This document shows positions 1 through 9,783 of a stretch of DNA of 64,000 bases, piece by piece. Location: the NCBI RefSeq assembly GCF_006345805.1, contig NC_043012.1:2356001-2420000 (forward strand). The letters are read 5' to 3'. Position 1 is the first letter of the stretch, and each line of letters begins with the position of its first letter. The stretch is from Octopus sinensis (taxonomy: Eukaryota). The notes under the pieces were generated by a model. It did not search any database and was not told the origin of the DNA. It saw nothing but the letters and a program-made list of their open reading frames with translations. The position numbers and the translations under genes are program-made.

Positions 1-379
1 AGATTTTCATTAGCTAATGGAGATAAAACATATATCATTAAAAAATACCATTGTGTTGTAGTGATAGCTTAATATTTTTATTAAGCCATTACCATGATAT
101 TGAAGTCTTACCTATAATATTATTACACAATACCATGTTATGGAAACTACCACAATATTATTATATTCTACCATGGTGTATAAGTCATAACAATGTTGGA
201 CAATGTTAGTTTTTACTAAGGATCTATAGCACTTCTTCATAATCCGTGTGAATTAATATAGCTTTTTCATGATGATAATATTGAATATCTTGTACCGTTT
301 ATCACCAGATCAGTTCTAATTGAGTAGACCATTGATCAAAGCTTTGACCAAGCCATATTTTTGTGTATCAGGGACTACA

Positions 380-590
380 CTGGCCAGAACCATTAGAGTA
401 CTGGGTGAAATGCTTCGTGGTATTTCATCTACTGCTATGTTCGGATTTCAAATTCCGCTGAGGTCGACTTAGTCTTTCATCCTTTCGGAGTCAATAAATT
501 AAGTACCAGTGAAACACTGGGGTCGATGAAATTAACTAGTCTCCTTACACCTAAATTTCAGGCCTTGTTCCTATCGCAGAAAAGATTATT
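380..590 (+). mobile_element. tRNA-derived SINE, family B (octopus OK/OR-like)
   Basis: Shares TTCAAATTCCGCYGAGGTCGACTT..CTTTCATCCTTTCGG..TAAATTAAGTACCAG with copies at 3175, 5530(-), 18005(-), 31280, 53460(-), 60480(-), 61785(-). Confidence 0.75.
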
Positions 591-1199
591 TAAGAGGGGT
601 GTAATTTGATTGAAATATGGCTGCTATTTTTCTTTAGTTAAACACTTGTGTAAAAGCTTCCCTTGTTGGCTCACTGCTTGTGTTGGTATCTCAATAACAT
701 TTGCCTAAACAAGCTTTCTCAATCATCTTTGCTACTAAGCAAAAGCTTGCATCTACTACTCTGTCCTAAATACTCACCTCAAAGAGGCCTGACTGTTTTT
801 GCTACAATGAGAACAGCTTGTCAACAAAGATGAACTCTGAAAGAATGCTTATTGTAGTTGACAGGAAACAATCCTTGGGTCACAGGAAAGTGACTCACTA
901 AGGTAAGCACTCACTTCGGAGAGGATTGATAAAGAATAGGGAAATACTGTTTTCTCAAAAGACAACCTCTGTAGTATTAGTTCCAGTATTTAATACACTA
1001 AATACACCCAGCCTTTTTTATTTTAATGGTTTGATCTGGAGGAAGTCTCTGTATCCATGGAATTTACAGATCCTTGTAGACCTGCCTGTAGTTTGTAGGA
1101 GCTTCCTGACTCTAATCAGGGTTCAAAGATTATGTTATATGAAGTACAGGCAGTCATCAAAATGACGAAAACAGAGATGCTGGGTCAAAGCTGCTGGAT

Positions 1200-2050
1200 G
1201 TAATAAACAAGATCTGTGAAGTTTCCAGAAGATCTGAGTGAATCCATTTTTGTTGCATGCCTGAAGAAATCAGGGGCAGTGGACCGTGAACAACATTGCA
1301 TAATTAGTCTAATGAATCACGTTACAAAGATCATTCTGAGAATTTTACTCCTGTGGACAAGAAGCAGAATAACATCCGAGATTGGAATTGAGCAGTTAGG
1401 CTTTGTAAAGAGTGCTAGTGTTAGGAATGTTATTTTTGTATTGAGAATGGTAACAGAGTGGGCGGTGGAGATGCAAAAAGACATCCTTGCGTGTTTTATA
1501 GATTACACAAAAGCCTTCGACAAAGTAAGTCATAATATGTTATTTGAAGAACTCGGTAACCTTGATCCACTTGTGAAAGACCTCCGAATCTTGTAACCAA
1601 TCAGTGTGCATAAAGGTAGATAGGGAAGGCAGTGAATGCACTAACATCAGGAGAGGGGTCAGGCAAAAAAGTGTTATGTCACCAACTCTTTTCAATTCAA
1701 TTACTATCGCGAATCGATCATAAGAGAACTGGAAAGGGAGAAAAAGGGTTGTAGGGTAGGAGGCAGAAACATCACAAACATAAAGTATGCAGATAACACA
1801 GTCTTACTTGCAGAATCGGAAAAGGAACTCCAGAGACTTCTGGATGAAAGACTTCTAGTCAGAGAAAGTGAGAGGAAGGGCCTGTTTGTAAATTGCCAGA
1901 AGACAAGGTGTATGGTGGTGAGAAAGAAGTGAATGATCAAATCATTAGGCGGGTACCTTGGAACTTTGATCACAGAAGATGCAAAATGTGTAAAGATCAA
2001 GACGAATATGGCTGGCAAAAATCTGCATTCTCAAAATTGTATAACATCTT
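1200..2050 (+). mobile_element. Degenerate RTE-clade LINE reverse transcriptase fragment
   Basis: ORF 1216-1596 has ISLMNHVTKIILRIL, EQLGF, CFIDYTKAFDKV (non-LTR RT domains 1-3); downstream frames give GVRQ..SPTLFN and NIKYADNTVLLAESEKELQRLL (YADD decayed to YADN at 1786-1797); stops and frameshifts. Confidence 0.88.
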
Positions 2051-2384
2051 AAACCATATTCGGAGAGGGGGGGATATATATCTCATTATCAACTTTTGCA
2101 TTACATTACCTGATGCCTTTGACTAATGCTTTTCATTTTCCTGGCTTTATAGTCTAAAATTATTCTGTTTGTAGTCTTCATTATTAGTGCCTAATGATTC
2201 AATGAGGTGTTTTTTTAGTCAGATCGGCAATCATATATGTTTAAAGGCTGACAACCAGTGACATTGGACACTATTGTCATGGTTACATAGAAACTACCTA
2301 TACAGGGGAAATAACTCTTTTATTACTCAATGGTTTGTGGTACAAAGAAAAATTTTCTTTTTGTTTTGTTTATTATGTTAGAAG

Positions 2385-2646
2385 CAGTGCTTCTCAACTG
2401 GAGTCCATGAAAGATTTTGTGGCCAAAATTTGTGTGCAATAAATCGCTTAAACTTCGACAATAGACAAAATATTTTAACATTTTAATACAATCCCTAATA
2501 ATGTTTAGTAATAAAAGCATGATAACATTTTTTTCAAACACCAAATAGCTATGAGAGTCCACCCAAGTAAAATAGAAATCAAAAGGGTCTATATAAATAG
2601 AAATAAAAAAGGGTCCATATACAATAAAAATGGTTGGAAAACACTG
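2385..2646. mobile_element. hAT-like MITE
   Basis: Imperfect TIRs CAGTGCTTCTCAAC ... GTTGGAAAACACTG; TSD degraded. Confidence 0.6.
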
Positions 2647-2816
2647 TATCAGAGGATCATATTCTCTAACAGATGAAGTTTGCTCTGTTATGTTTACTCT
2701 GAGTGAAGATACGTTGTTCTTCCTCGCCTAATTAGGTTTTTGTTTAAGTGCAATGTACTCACTTTAAAATGGTGTCATCTGCTCACTTAGAATTACAAAG
2801 AGTGCAAGTTTTAACT

Positions 2817-2974
2817 TAGGCATGGGCAACCCTTTTCAAGAATTGGGCTGCACGAGACTTAGATCATTATCAGGTGAACCACACCGCTAAAAAGAAAAAA
2901 AAGAAAATTTTGATAAACGTTATTTTCTTCATGAAATTAGGTTTGCCATTCAGGCCACAGTTTGCCTACCTCTG
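2817..2974. mobile_element. hAT-like MITE
   Basis: TAGGCATGGGCAA ... TTGCCTACCTCTG termini; 8-bp TSD TTTTAACT (2809-2816) / TTCTAACT (2975-2982). Confidence 0.7.
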
Positions 2975-3042
2975 TTCTAACTATAAAATGTCTGCTTGAT
3001 TCAGTGGATTATCACAATTTGTATAATGACATAGCATCAGCT

Positions 3043-3081
<39 letters not shown>

Positions 3082-3101
3082 TCATACATATACACACACA
3101 T

Positions 3102-3705
3102 ACAGGCACAGGTGAAGCTGTGTGGTTAAGAAAGCAAGCTTCTTACCACACAGCTTCACCTGTGCCTGTGTGTGGCAAGCTGGCAGAAACGTTAGTACGC
3201 TGGGCGAAAAGCATAGCGGTATTTTATCTGCTGTTACATTCTGAGTTCAAATTCTGCCGAGGTCGACTTTGCCTTTCATCCTTCTGGGGTCGATAAATTA
3301 AGTACCAGTTACGCACTGGAGTTGATGTAATCGAATTAACCCCTTTGTCCTTGTTTGTCACCGCTATGTTTAGCCCCTTGTGGGCAATAAAGAAATAAGA
3401 AGCTTGCTTCCCAACCACATGGTTCCAGGTTCAGTCTCACTGCATGGCATCTTGGGCAAGTGTCTTCTATAGCCTTAGGCTGACCAAAGCCTTGTGAGTG
3501 GGCTTGGTAGGCAGTACTGAAAGAAGCTTGTGTGTGCATCCCACCACTGCTTAACAACTACTGTTGGTATGTTTAAGTCCCCGTAAGTTAACAGTTTGAC
3601 AAAAAAGAGTTCGATAGAATAAGTACTGGGGTTGATTCATTTGAATAAATGTTCTTCAAGGCTGTGCCCCAGTATGGCCACAGTCTAGACTGAAACAAGT
3701 AAAAA
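3102..3705 (+). mobile_element. SINE family A (CORE-type) interrupted by a family B SINE (3175-3397)
   Basis: Family A head at 3102-3132; body resumes at about 3396 (TAAGAAGCTTGCTTCCCAACCACATGGTTCC..CTTGGGCAAGTGTCTTCT); family B copy in between. Confidence 0.75.
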
Positions 3706-4123
3706 ATAAAAGAAAAAATCTGAAACCACTTGCTTTGTTAGCCAATGTTTGTGGCCAAAGTGATGTTAGATGGGATCAGGTATTGCCTGTCAGAGGTAAG
3801 CATTGTTGGACAATCTAGTATTACTACATCATCATCATCATCATTTAACACCCACCATCCATGGGTTGGATGGTTTGGTAGGAGCTGGCCAAGCAGAAAC
3901 CTGCACCAAATTTCTGTCTGTTTTGGCAGGGTTTTTGCATCTGGATGCCCTTTCTAGCACCAGCCACCCAGCAGAGCGGACTACATGCTGTAATATTTCT
4001 TATTTCATATTTTGTAGCAATAATGCAGATAAACAAATTAGATACATCAGATATAACAGTCTGGGTACTAAATACAAAATATGTATACTTGCAATGAATT
4101 TTTAAGTGTAACTATATGAATGT

Positions 4124-4337
4124 TTAACCATTTCTTTACCATATTTATTTTGAGATGATCTGTGTTTCTTTCAATTAATTTTAAATATAACAAAGAATTT
4201 AGTAAAATAACTTAGTTATCATTAAGTTAGGAGCATAAATTGTGACTAAAGTTTGGTGGAAGATTTTAATTTATACCTTATAAAAGCAAGATATTTGTAC
4301 TACAGAGCTAGAGGCTGTTTCAGCTGGGCTGGTTAAA
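4124..4337. mobile_element. piggyBac-like (TTAA) MITE, second family
   Basis: TTAACC...GGTTAA ends; internal sequence recurs at 23750-23900 (ending GAAAGGGTTAA). Confidence 0.55.
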
Positions 4338-4826
4338 CTAAATAGATTCAACTTACACAGAGTATGAACAGCAGAGAAAATTAAAGGGGAGGAAGACAAA
4401 TGTTATAACTCCAACAGCTGTTTCTAGGGCTCAATAATCCATTATAAATGTGGGTACATGTAGTTCATCACAATATGCGGTTGTAATGGAAGCAATCAAC
4501 GTTGGGTAAGTCAAGCGTTCGTCATCAGGGTAGAAAAGATCTTACATTTCAAATCTTAATGCAGATGAGTTCGGAGATAGAATCTTATTTCATAGCAATG
4601 TATATTATTCCGCATCTGATGAAAGAAAGAAAAAAGAAACTGAGTTGCATTAGGATAAAAATTCTTTAAATTCATCGCTTTTAAAGAATTTATAGATATT
4701 TTATGGAAGCATAGTAAAACAATCATAAAATAAACATCCTGATAAATAATGATGGTTTAGGTCTCTGAACTGTTTGTTGTGATTTCATAGAAAACTTTAA
4801 CAATTTTCTATTCTTTCTTTTTTCAG

Positions 4827-4920
4827 TGGTTGACTTCTTCAATCGGATTAACTTATTATACGGCACTATATGTGAACATTGTACCGAAAAGACGTGTCCC
4901 ACAATGTCTGGAGGACCAAA
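4827..4920 (+). CDS. MOB3: MOB kinase activator 3, internal coding exon (first in window)
   Basis: Polypyrimidine-AG acceptor (4825-4826), GTAAGG donor at 4921; encodes (V)[30 protein letters not shown](K), matching the MOB3 [15 protein letters not shown]....CP.MSGGPK motif with both Zn-binding Cys. Confidence 0.95.
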
Positions 4921-5080
4921 GTAAGGAAATGCTTCTTTTACTATTGTTGTTGATGTTGTTGATCATCCATCTTTGATTATGATATGTCTTCAGGATTTCA
5001 GTAAAGGGAAACTACTCCAGTCTATGTTGCTTTTAAACCACTACTTTTTAATCGATGGTTTTACACTTAGTTGTCTACAG

Positions 5081-5254
5081 CAGTGGTTCCCAAACTTTTT
5101 AGAGTCGCGACCCACTATTTATCACACCAGTTTATGACGACCCACTTAACTCTACTGAGTAAAAACATTAGACAGCAGTTAATCAAAGTTAATGCGTACT
5201 TTTATAACTTTTTGCGACCCATCTGTGGGTCACGACTCGTAGTTTGGGAACCTG
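5081..5254. mobile_element. hAT/Charlie-like MITE
   Basis: TIR CAGTGGTTCCCAAACT ... AGTTTGGGAACCTG; perfect 8-bp TSD GTCTACAG at 5073-5080 and 5255-5262. Confidence 0.9.
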
Positions 5255-5371
5255 GTCTACAGTGAGAAATTTTGTCCATGACAAATTAGAGTGAATGGCT
5301 TTCTTACCAGTTTGAATGTGTCTCAAGCATCATCATCATCATAATAATAATCTTTTCTACTATAGGCACAA

Positions 5372-5525
5372 TAATAATAATAACAACATCGAAAAATACC
5401 TTAGCAATGAGAACCCAGGTTCGAAATTTCCCCAAGACACCTGTTGAAGGCTGGAGGGTATATGAGCCGAAAAGTTGTGTTAACAAAACAAGATGAAGAC
5501 AAATGTCTGTCAGATGTAAATAATG
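5372..5525. mobile_element. Short insertion carrying a decayed hammerhead-like motif (Penelope-like fragment)
   Basis: 11-bp direct repeat TATAGGCACAA at 5361-5371 and 5526-5536 flanks it; it interrupts a family B SINE (-); hammerhead-like core at 5436-5481. Confidence 0.65.
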
Positions 5526-5529
5526 TATA

Positions 5530-5730
5530 GGCACAAGGTTCGAAATTTGGAGAAGGTGGGTAATTGATTATATTGACCCTTGTACTTAACTGGTACTTAC
5601 TTATTCTATTGACCCTGAAAGGATGAAAGGCAAATCAACCTCAGCCGAATTTGAACTAAGAACGTGAAGACGGACAAAATACCACTAAACCTTTCACCCG
5701 GCGTGCTAACGATTCTGTCAGCTTGCCAAC
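5530..5730 (-). mobile_element. SINE family B
   Basis: Reverse complement of the 3175-3397 copy (GAAAGGATGAAAGGCAAATCAACCTCAGCCGAATTTGAACT..). Confidence 0.8.
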
Positions 5731-6062
5731 AACATAGATACAAGACTAGAAATTTAGGAAGAAGGATGCAGTGATTATATTGATCTCTTGTCTTTTCCTT
5801 GTCCAAGCATTTGATTCATATCTTGGTTATGAATGAATGAAAATCATATTTGACCTCCACACGCAAAATGCCATAACTAAATACAACAAAACATTTTCTC
5901 CAGTACTCTGATGATTTTGCTAATTCACAACTCTGATATTAATGTAATTACCATTGTTTTTTTTTTTTGCATATTTGTTCTCTCTGCTTTTATTGACAAT
6001 TAAAAGGACCTGTTATTATTACTGCATCTACTGACGTTGTTACTTTTCCTCCTCTTTCTTAG

Positions 6063-6196
6063 GTATGAATACCATTGGTGTGATGGAGTGAATTACAAGA
6101 AACCTACAGCACTACCAGCCCCAGTCTACATATCATTACTAATGGATTGGGTGGAAAGTCAGATCAATGAAGAAACAATATTCCCTGTCACTGTCG
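6063..6196 (+). CDS. MOB3: MOB kinase activator 3, internal coding exon
   Basis: AG at 6061-6062, GTAAGT at 6197; phase fits previous exon (AA|G = Lys); [44 protein letters not shown](G). Confidence 0.95.
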
Positions 6197-6994
6197 GTAA
6201 GTCCGACCATGGCTTTCTCTCCTCACTGCATCTAATCCTGTCTTTTTCTTCTTTCCTTCTCTCACATGGCTATGAGACATCTACCAATGATTAATGTAAA
6301 TACTTCATTGCCAAAGAAAACACCAATTCCAAATAACTTTCCTCTTGGAAGCGGGGGGGGGTTACGTTGAAGAAATGTGGGGCGATCGTGGGTAGAGAAA
6401 AGGGGTTAATGGATGTAAACAAAAAATCCTGGTTAGTTAATTAGGGTAATTTTTTTGTGAAATACAGTTTCGAATTTGCTGCAGAAAGCGGTCTGTTTGT
6501 AGTGGTGAGTGGGGGGAGGGCGCTAGGAATACCGTCTGGGTACCAAGGGTGCGGCACCCTAAAATAAGTTTGGGAAACATTGATTTAACATATAAAAAAT
6601 TTAAAAAGAAAAGGCCTTCATATTTTTCCACATTAACTTATCCACTTATGCAAGGTACATAACTCTTGTCGCTTTTGAAGGTACATAACTCTGCTTGCTC
6701 CAATATGCCCGTCCAAACATAATCAATTGGTTCCGTGCCTACACCGAGTATTTAGTAGCGTCCCGGTGTCCGTTTTAGTCTAGTTGTCTTATAGCTTAAA
6801 TGTTTGAGCATTTGTTTTTTTTACAGTTGCATCTTACTTTGACCCACTAAGCAGTGTTTGTTTAGTCATTGGAGGCTGATGTTCATTCTGTTGCTATTCT
6901 GAGTGTGTAGTTTGTTGTACATAAAACTACAGCAAATTACACACACGTTAGAAGTTTGTTCTGCAACTATGCGGTACCAAGTTCAAGTTCATTG

Positions 6995-7260
6995 CGTGTT
7001 TTCACCTCGCAAGCATAAGGTCGTGAGTTCAATTCCTGGCAGCACGTTGGACCCTTGAGCAAGACACTTTATTTCACATTGCTCCAATCCATTCAGTTGA
7101 CAAAAAGGAGTTGTACCTGTAGTTCACAAGGGCCGGCTTTGTCACATTTGGTGGGTCACACTAAATCTCCCAGAGTTAAGGGGATGCGTGTCTGTGGAGT
7201 GTTTAGCCATTTGCACACTAATTTCACGAGCAGGTTGTCTTTTGATCTTTTCAATTGGAA
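6995..7260 (+). mobile_element. SINE family C (tRNA head + CORE-like)
   Basis: GTGAGTTCAATTCC B-box-like, CCTTGAGCAAGACACTTTATTTCAC; paralogues at 11982 (+) and 14190 (-). Confidence 0.7.
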
Positions 7261-7498
7261 TATTTGTCAGCCAAGCCAGGCCACATGTAGCAAAGAATGC
7301 TCGCATTGTTCCTTTCCAGCATTTCCATTTTCTCTGCAGCCTTTGCCCATGTTTTCCTATTATGCATACTTACCTTGTACACATGTGTTTGTGTCATTTT
7401 CGTGGGGTTTTTTTTTTCCCTCAAGTAACTTGGTGTTGTTGATGATTTTTTTTTTCTTTTCCTCCAGCTTTCTGTAATCAATCTGTCTTTTATTTCAG

Positions 7499-7614
7499 GA
7501 GTGCCTTTTCCGAGAAATTATCTTCAAATAGTAAAAAAAATTATGACCAGACTATTCCGGGTGTTTGTTCATGTGTACATTCATCATTTTGACAAACTTA
7601 TTGGTATTGGTGCT
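7499..7614 (+). CDS. MOB3: MOB kinase activator 3, internal coding exon
   Basis: TTTCAG acceptor, GTAAGT at 7615; (G)[38 protein letters not shown] with Zn-binding HxxxxH. Confidence 0.95.
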
Positions 7615-8050
7615 GTAAGTATCCTTTTGTGCCCCAGATGTCACTATTGTTTCCCCACCCTTTTTTTTTTTTTCTCTTTTAAGTTTTCTGAAAATATTTT
7701 AATTTTTGAGGAAGACATCTGCAAACATGTTTTGGTTTTATTCTGACCTCATCAGTGAAGTATAACAGTCCCTATGATCTGTCTTGTGATGAATGAATCT
7801 AAAGTAAATATATTGCAAGAGTGTACTTTATTTATTATAGGAAAACAGCTGTCATCTGAAAAATTAACAAAACAATTAGCATCAACATATTTTATAGATA
7901 AATAACTTGAAACAATTATGTGATGGCGGGGAGGGAGATACTATCAGTTTGTTAACTTCATTACTTTTCAGAATTCCTATTCTTGAATATATATTAGTTG
8001 CTATTTCCATTATTTTTATGATTTACTCATGTTCACTAATTTTCTTCCAG

Positions 8051-8137
8051 GAGGCTCATGGAAACACATGCTATAAACATTTCTACTATTTTGTAACAGA
8101 GCATAACTTGATAGACAAGAGAGAGTTACAGCCTTTG
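8051..8137 (+). CDS. MOB3: MOB kinase activator 3, internal coding exon
   Basis: TTCCAG acceptor, GTAAGT at 8138; phase 0-0; [29 protein letters not shown]. Confidence 0.95.
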
Positions 8138-8366
8138 GTAAGTGATTTAACTGTCTGTAAAAGTCACAATTCAATAAGTTAACCCTTTCATGACTGAATT
8201 CCTAATGAAATATCCCCTCCACTCCCATGTGTGTTTCATTAATTTGAGAACGATGGATTTAAAGTATTTAATAAATCAAATGACTCTATCATCATTGAAG
8301 TTTGTGTTTTGAACACTTACAAAAGCAAAATAATGAGGGGGTTAAATTTCATTGTGAATATTTTAA

Positions 8367-8584
8367 CCCTTTAGCATGTAAACTGGTCATATCCAGCCAA
8401 AATATTCTTCCTTTTTTATGTTTACAGTAGCCAGATCCAGCCTCTTACACCTACCCTACAATGTTAGTCTAAAAAATATACAGTCACATAATTGATATCT
8501 GAAGGCTTCAAGATAATACAGGATACATTCAGAAGATGAATAAATAAGCATTACATTTGATAGAGTAATCTGAATACTAAAGGG
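8367..8584. mobile_element. piggyBac-like MITE, family 1
   Basis: TTAA|CCCTTTAGCAT ... ATACTAAAGGG|TTAA; TTAA TSD; copies at 14930, 20390 (partial), 22051, 22271, 63688. Confidence 0.85.
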
Positions 8585-8807
8585 TTAAAATGAAAGACTT
8601 TGTATACAAATCAGAAGTGGACTCTGAAGAACGTTATATGACGACGATCGTTTTATGTTCACTTTTCTCTACTTACATGAGTTGCATGAAATTTGTTGAA
8701 GCAACTTTTCTACTGCCAAATGCCCTTCTTGTCACCAATCCTCACCTGTCTCCTAGTAAAGTAATATTTTCCCATAGCTAGACATATGTGACATGATGAC
8801 TTTTTAG

Positions 8808-9133
8808 CTTTTTACTTGTTTCAGTCACTAGACTGCGGCCATGCTGGGGCACCGCTTAGGAGAATTTTTAGTCAATTGAATCAACCCCAGTACTTATATT
8901 TTATTAAGCCTTGTACTTATCCTATTAGTCTGTTTTGCCAAACCTCTAAGTTACGGAGATGTAAACACACCAACACCGGTTGTTAAGCTGTAGTGGTGGG
9001 ACAAACACAAACACACGACGGGTTTTCAGTTTCCGTCGACCATATCCATTTACAAGGTACCATACAGTGGGACTAAAGCTGCAACCATTTGGTTGGGAAG
9101 CAAGCATCTTACCACACAGCCACGCCTGCGCCT
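8808..9133 (-). mobile_element. SINE family A
   Basis: TTTTACTTGTTTCAGTCA..GCGGCCATGCTGG ... CTTACCACACAGCCACGCCTGCGCC, reverse of the 32750 copy. Confidence 0.8.
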
Positions 9134-9750
9134 AGAAACAAAAGACGCTACTTTTATGACGGTGAAGCTTGTTTACAACTGTCAGGTGATGTCAAAACAA
9201 AGACGCACTCTCGTCTTCCAAATCCACAAATTTGCTGCAAAATCCGTAAAATTTATTAGCCTGAGAAACGTAGAGTTATCTACCTTGTGTCAAAGATTTC
9301 ACCTGATAGAAAGTTGTTTAATCTTCCTTGATTCACAGCCTGTAAGCTGAAAAGGTGAAGAGAGTGGGGGTGTCCCCAACTAGAAGGTCTTGATCATAGT
9401 GCTAAACAACACACACACACTCTCTCTCTCTACTCTCACAGATACACACCAGCTTCTGATATGAGTTTGGGCAGTTTTAGGGGAGTTCTGAAGGATATGA
9501 ACACAAGCTCTCCCTCCTAACTAAAACCAATGAAAAGTAATTGATCTGCTTGTAACAAAATTGTTGTCTTCAGTTCTAATCTCATATTTGTAATCAATTC
9601 CCTTTGTTGATGAATCTCCACCCCCGATGTATGCCTAATGCAAGCGTGGTCATCCACCCTCTCCTTATTTTGTTTTCTATCAACTTAATTGATATAACCA
9701 ATCATCTACTTCTTTTTCCCCTAATTTCCCTTTTTTTTCTTCTTTTGCAG

Positions 9751-9783
9751 AAGGAGATGTCTGAAAGAATCTGCAACTTGTAA
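9751..9783 (+). CDS. MOB3: MOB kinase activator 3, terminal coding exon
   Basis: Long polypyrimidine tract + TTGCAG acceptor; KEMSERICNL-TAA resembles the MOB3 C-terminus (KEMT.R.C). Confidence 0.9.
   Translation, partial: KEMSERICNL

Noticed and set aside
4500-4650. CTGATGA motifs as hammerhead cores
   Set aside because: No pairing stem I/II or correctly placed GAAA
1-4826. N-terminal MOB3 exon(s)
   Set aside because: No sequence encoding the expected KTFRPK..LP.GED.NDW.AVH segment found; presumably upstream of the window
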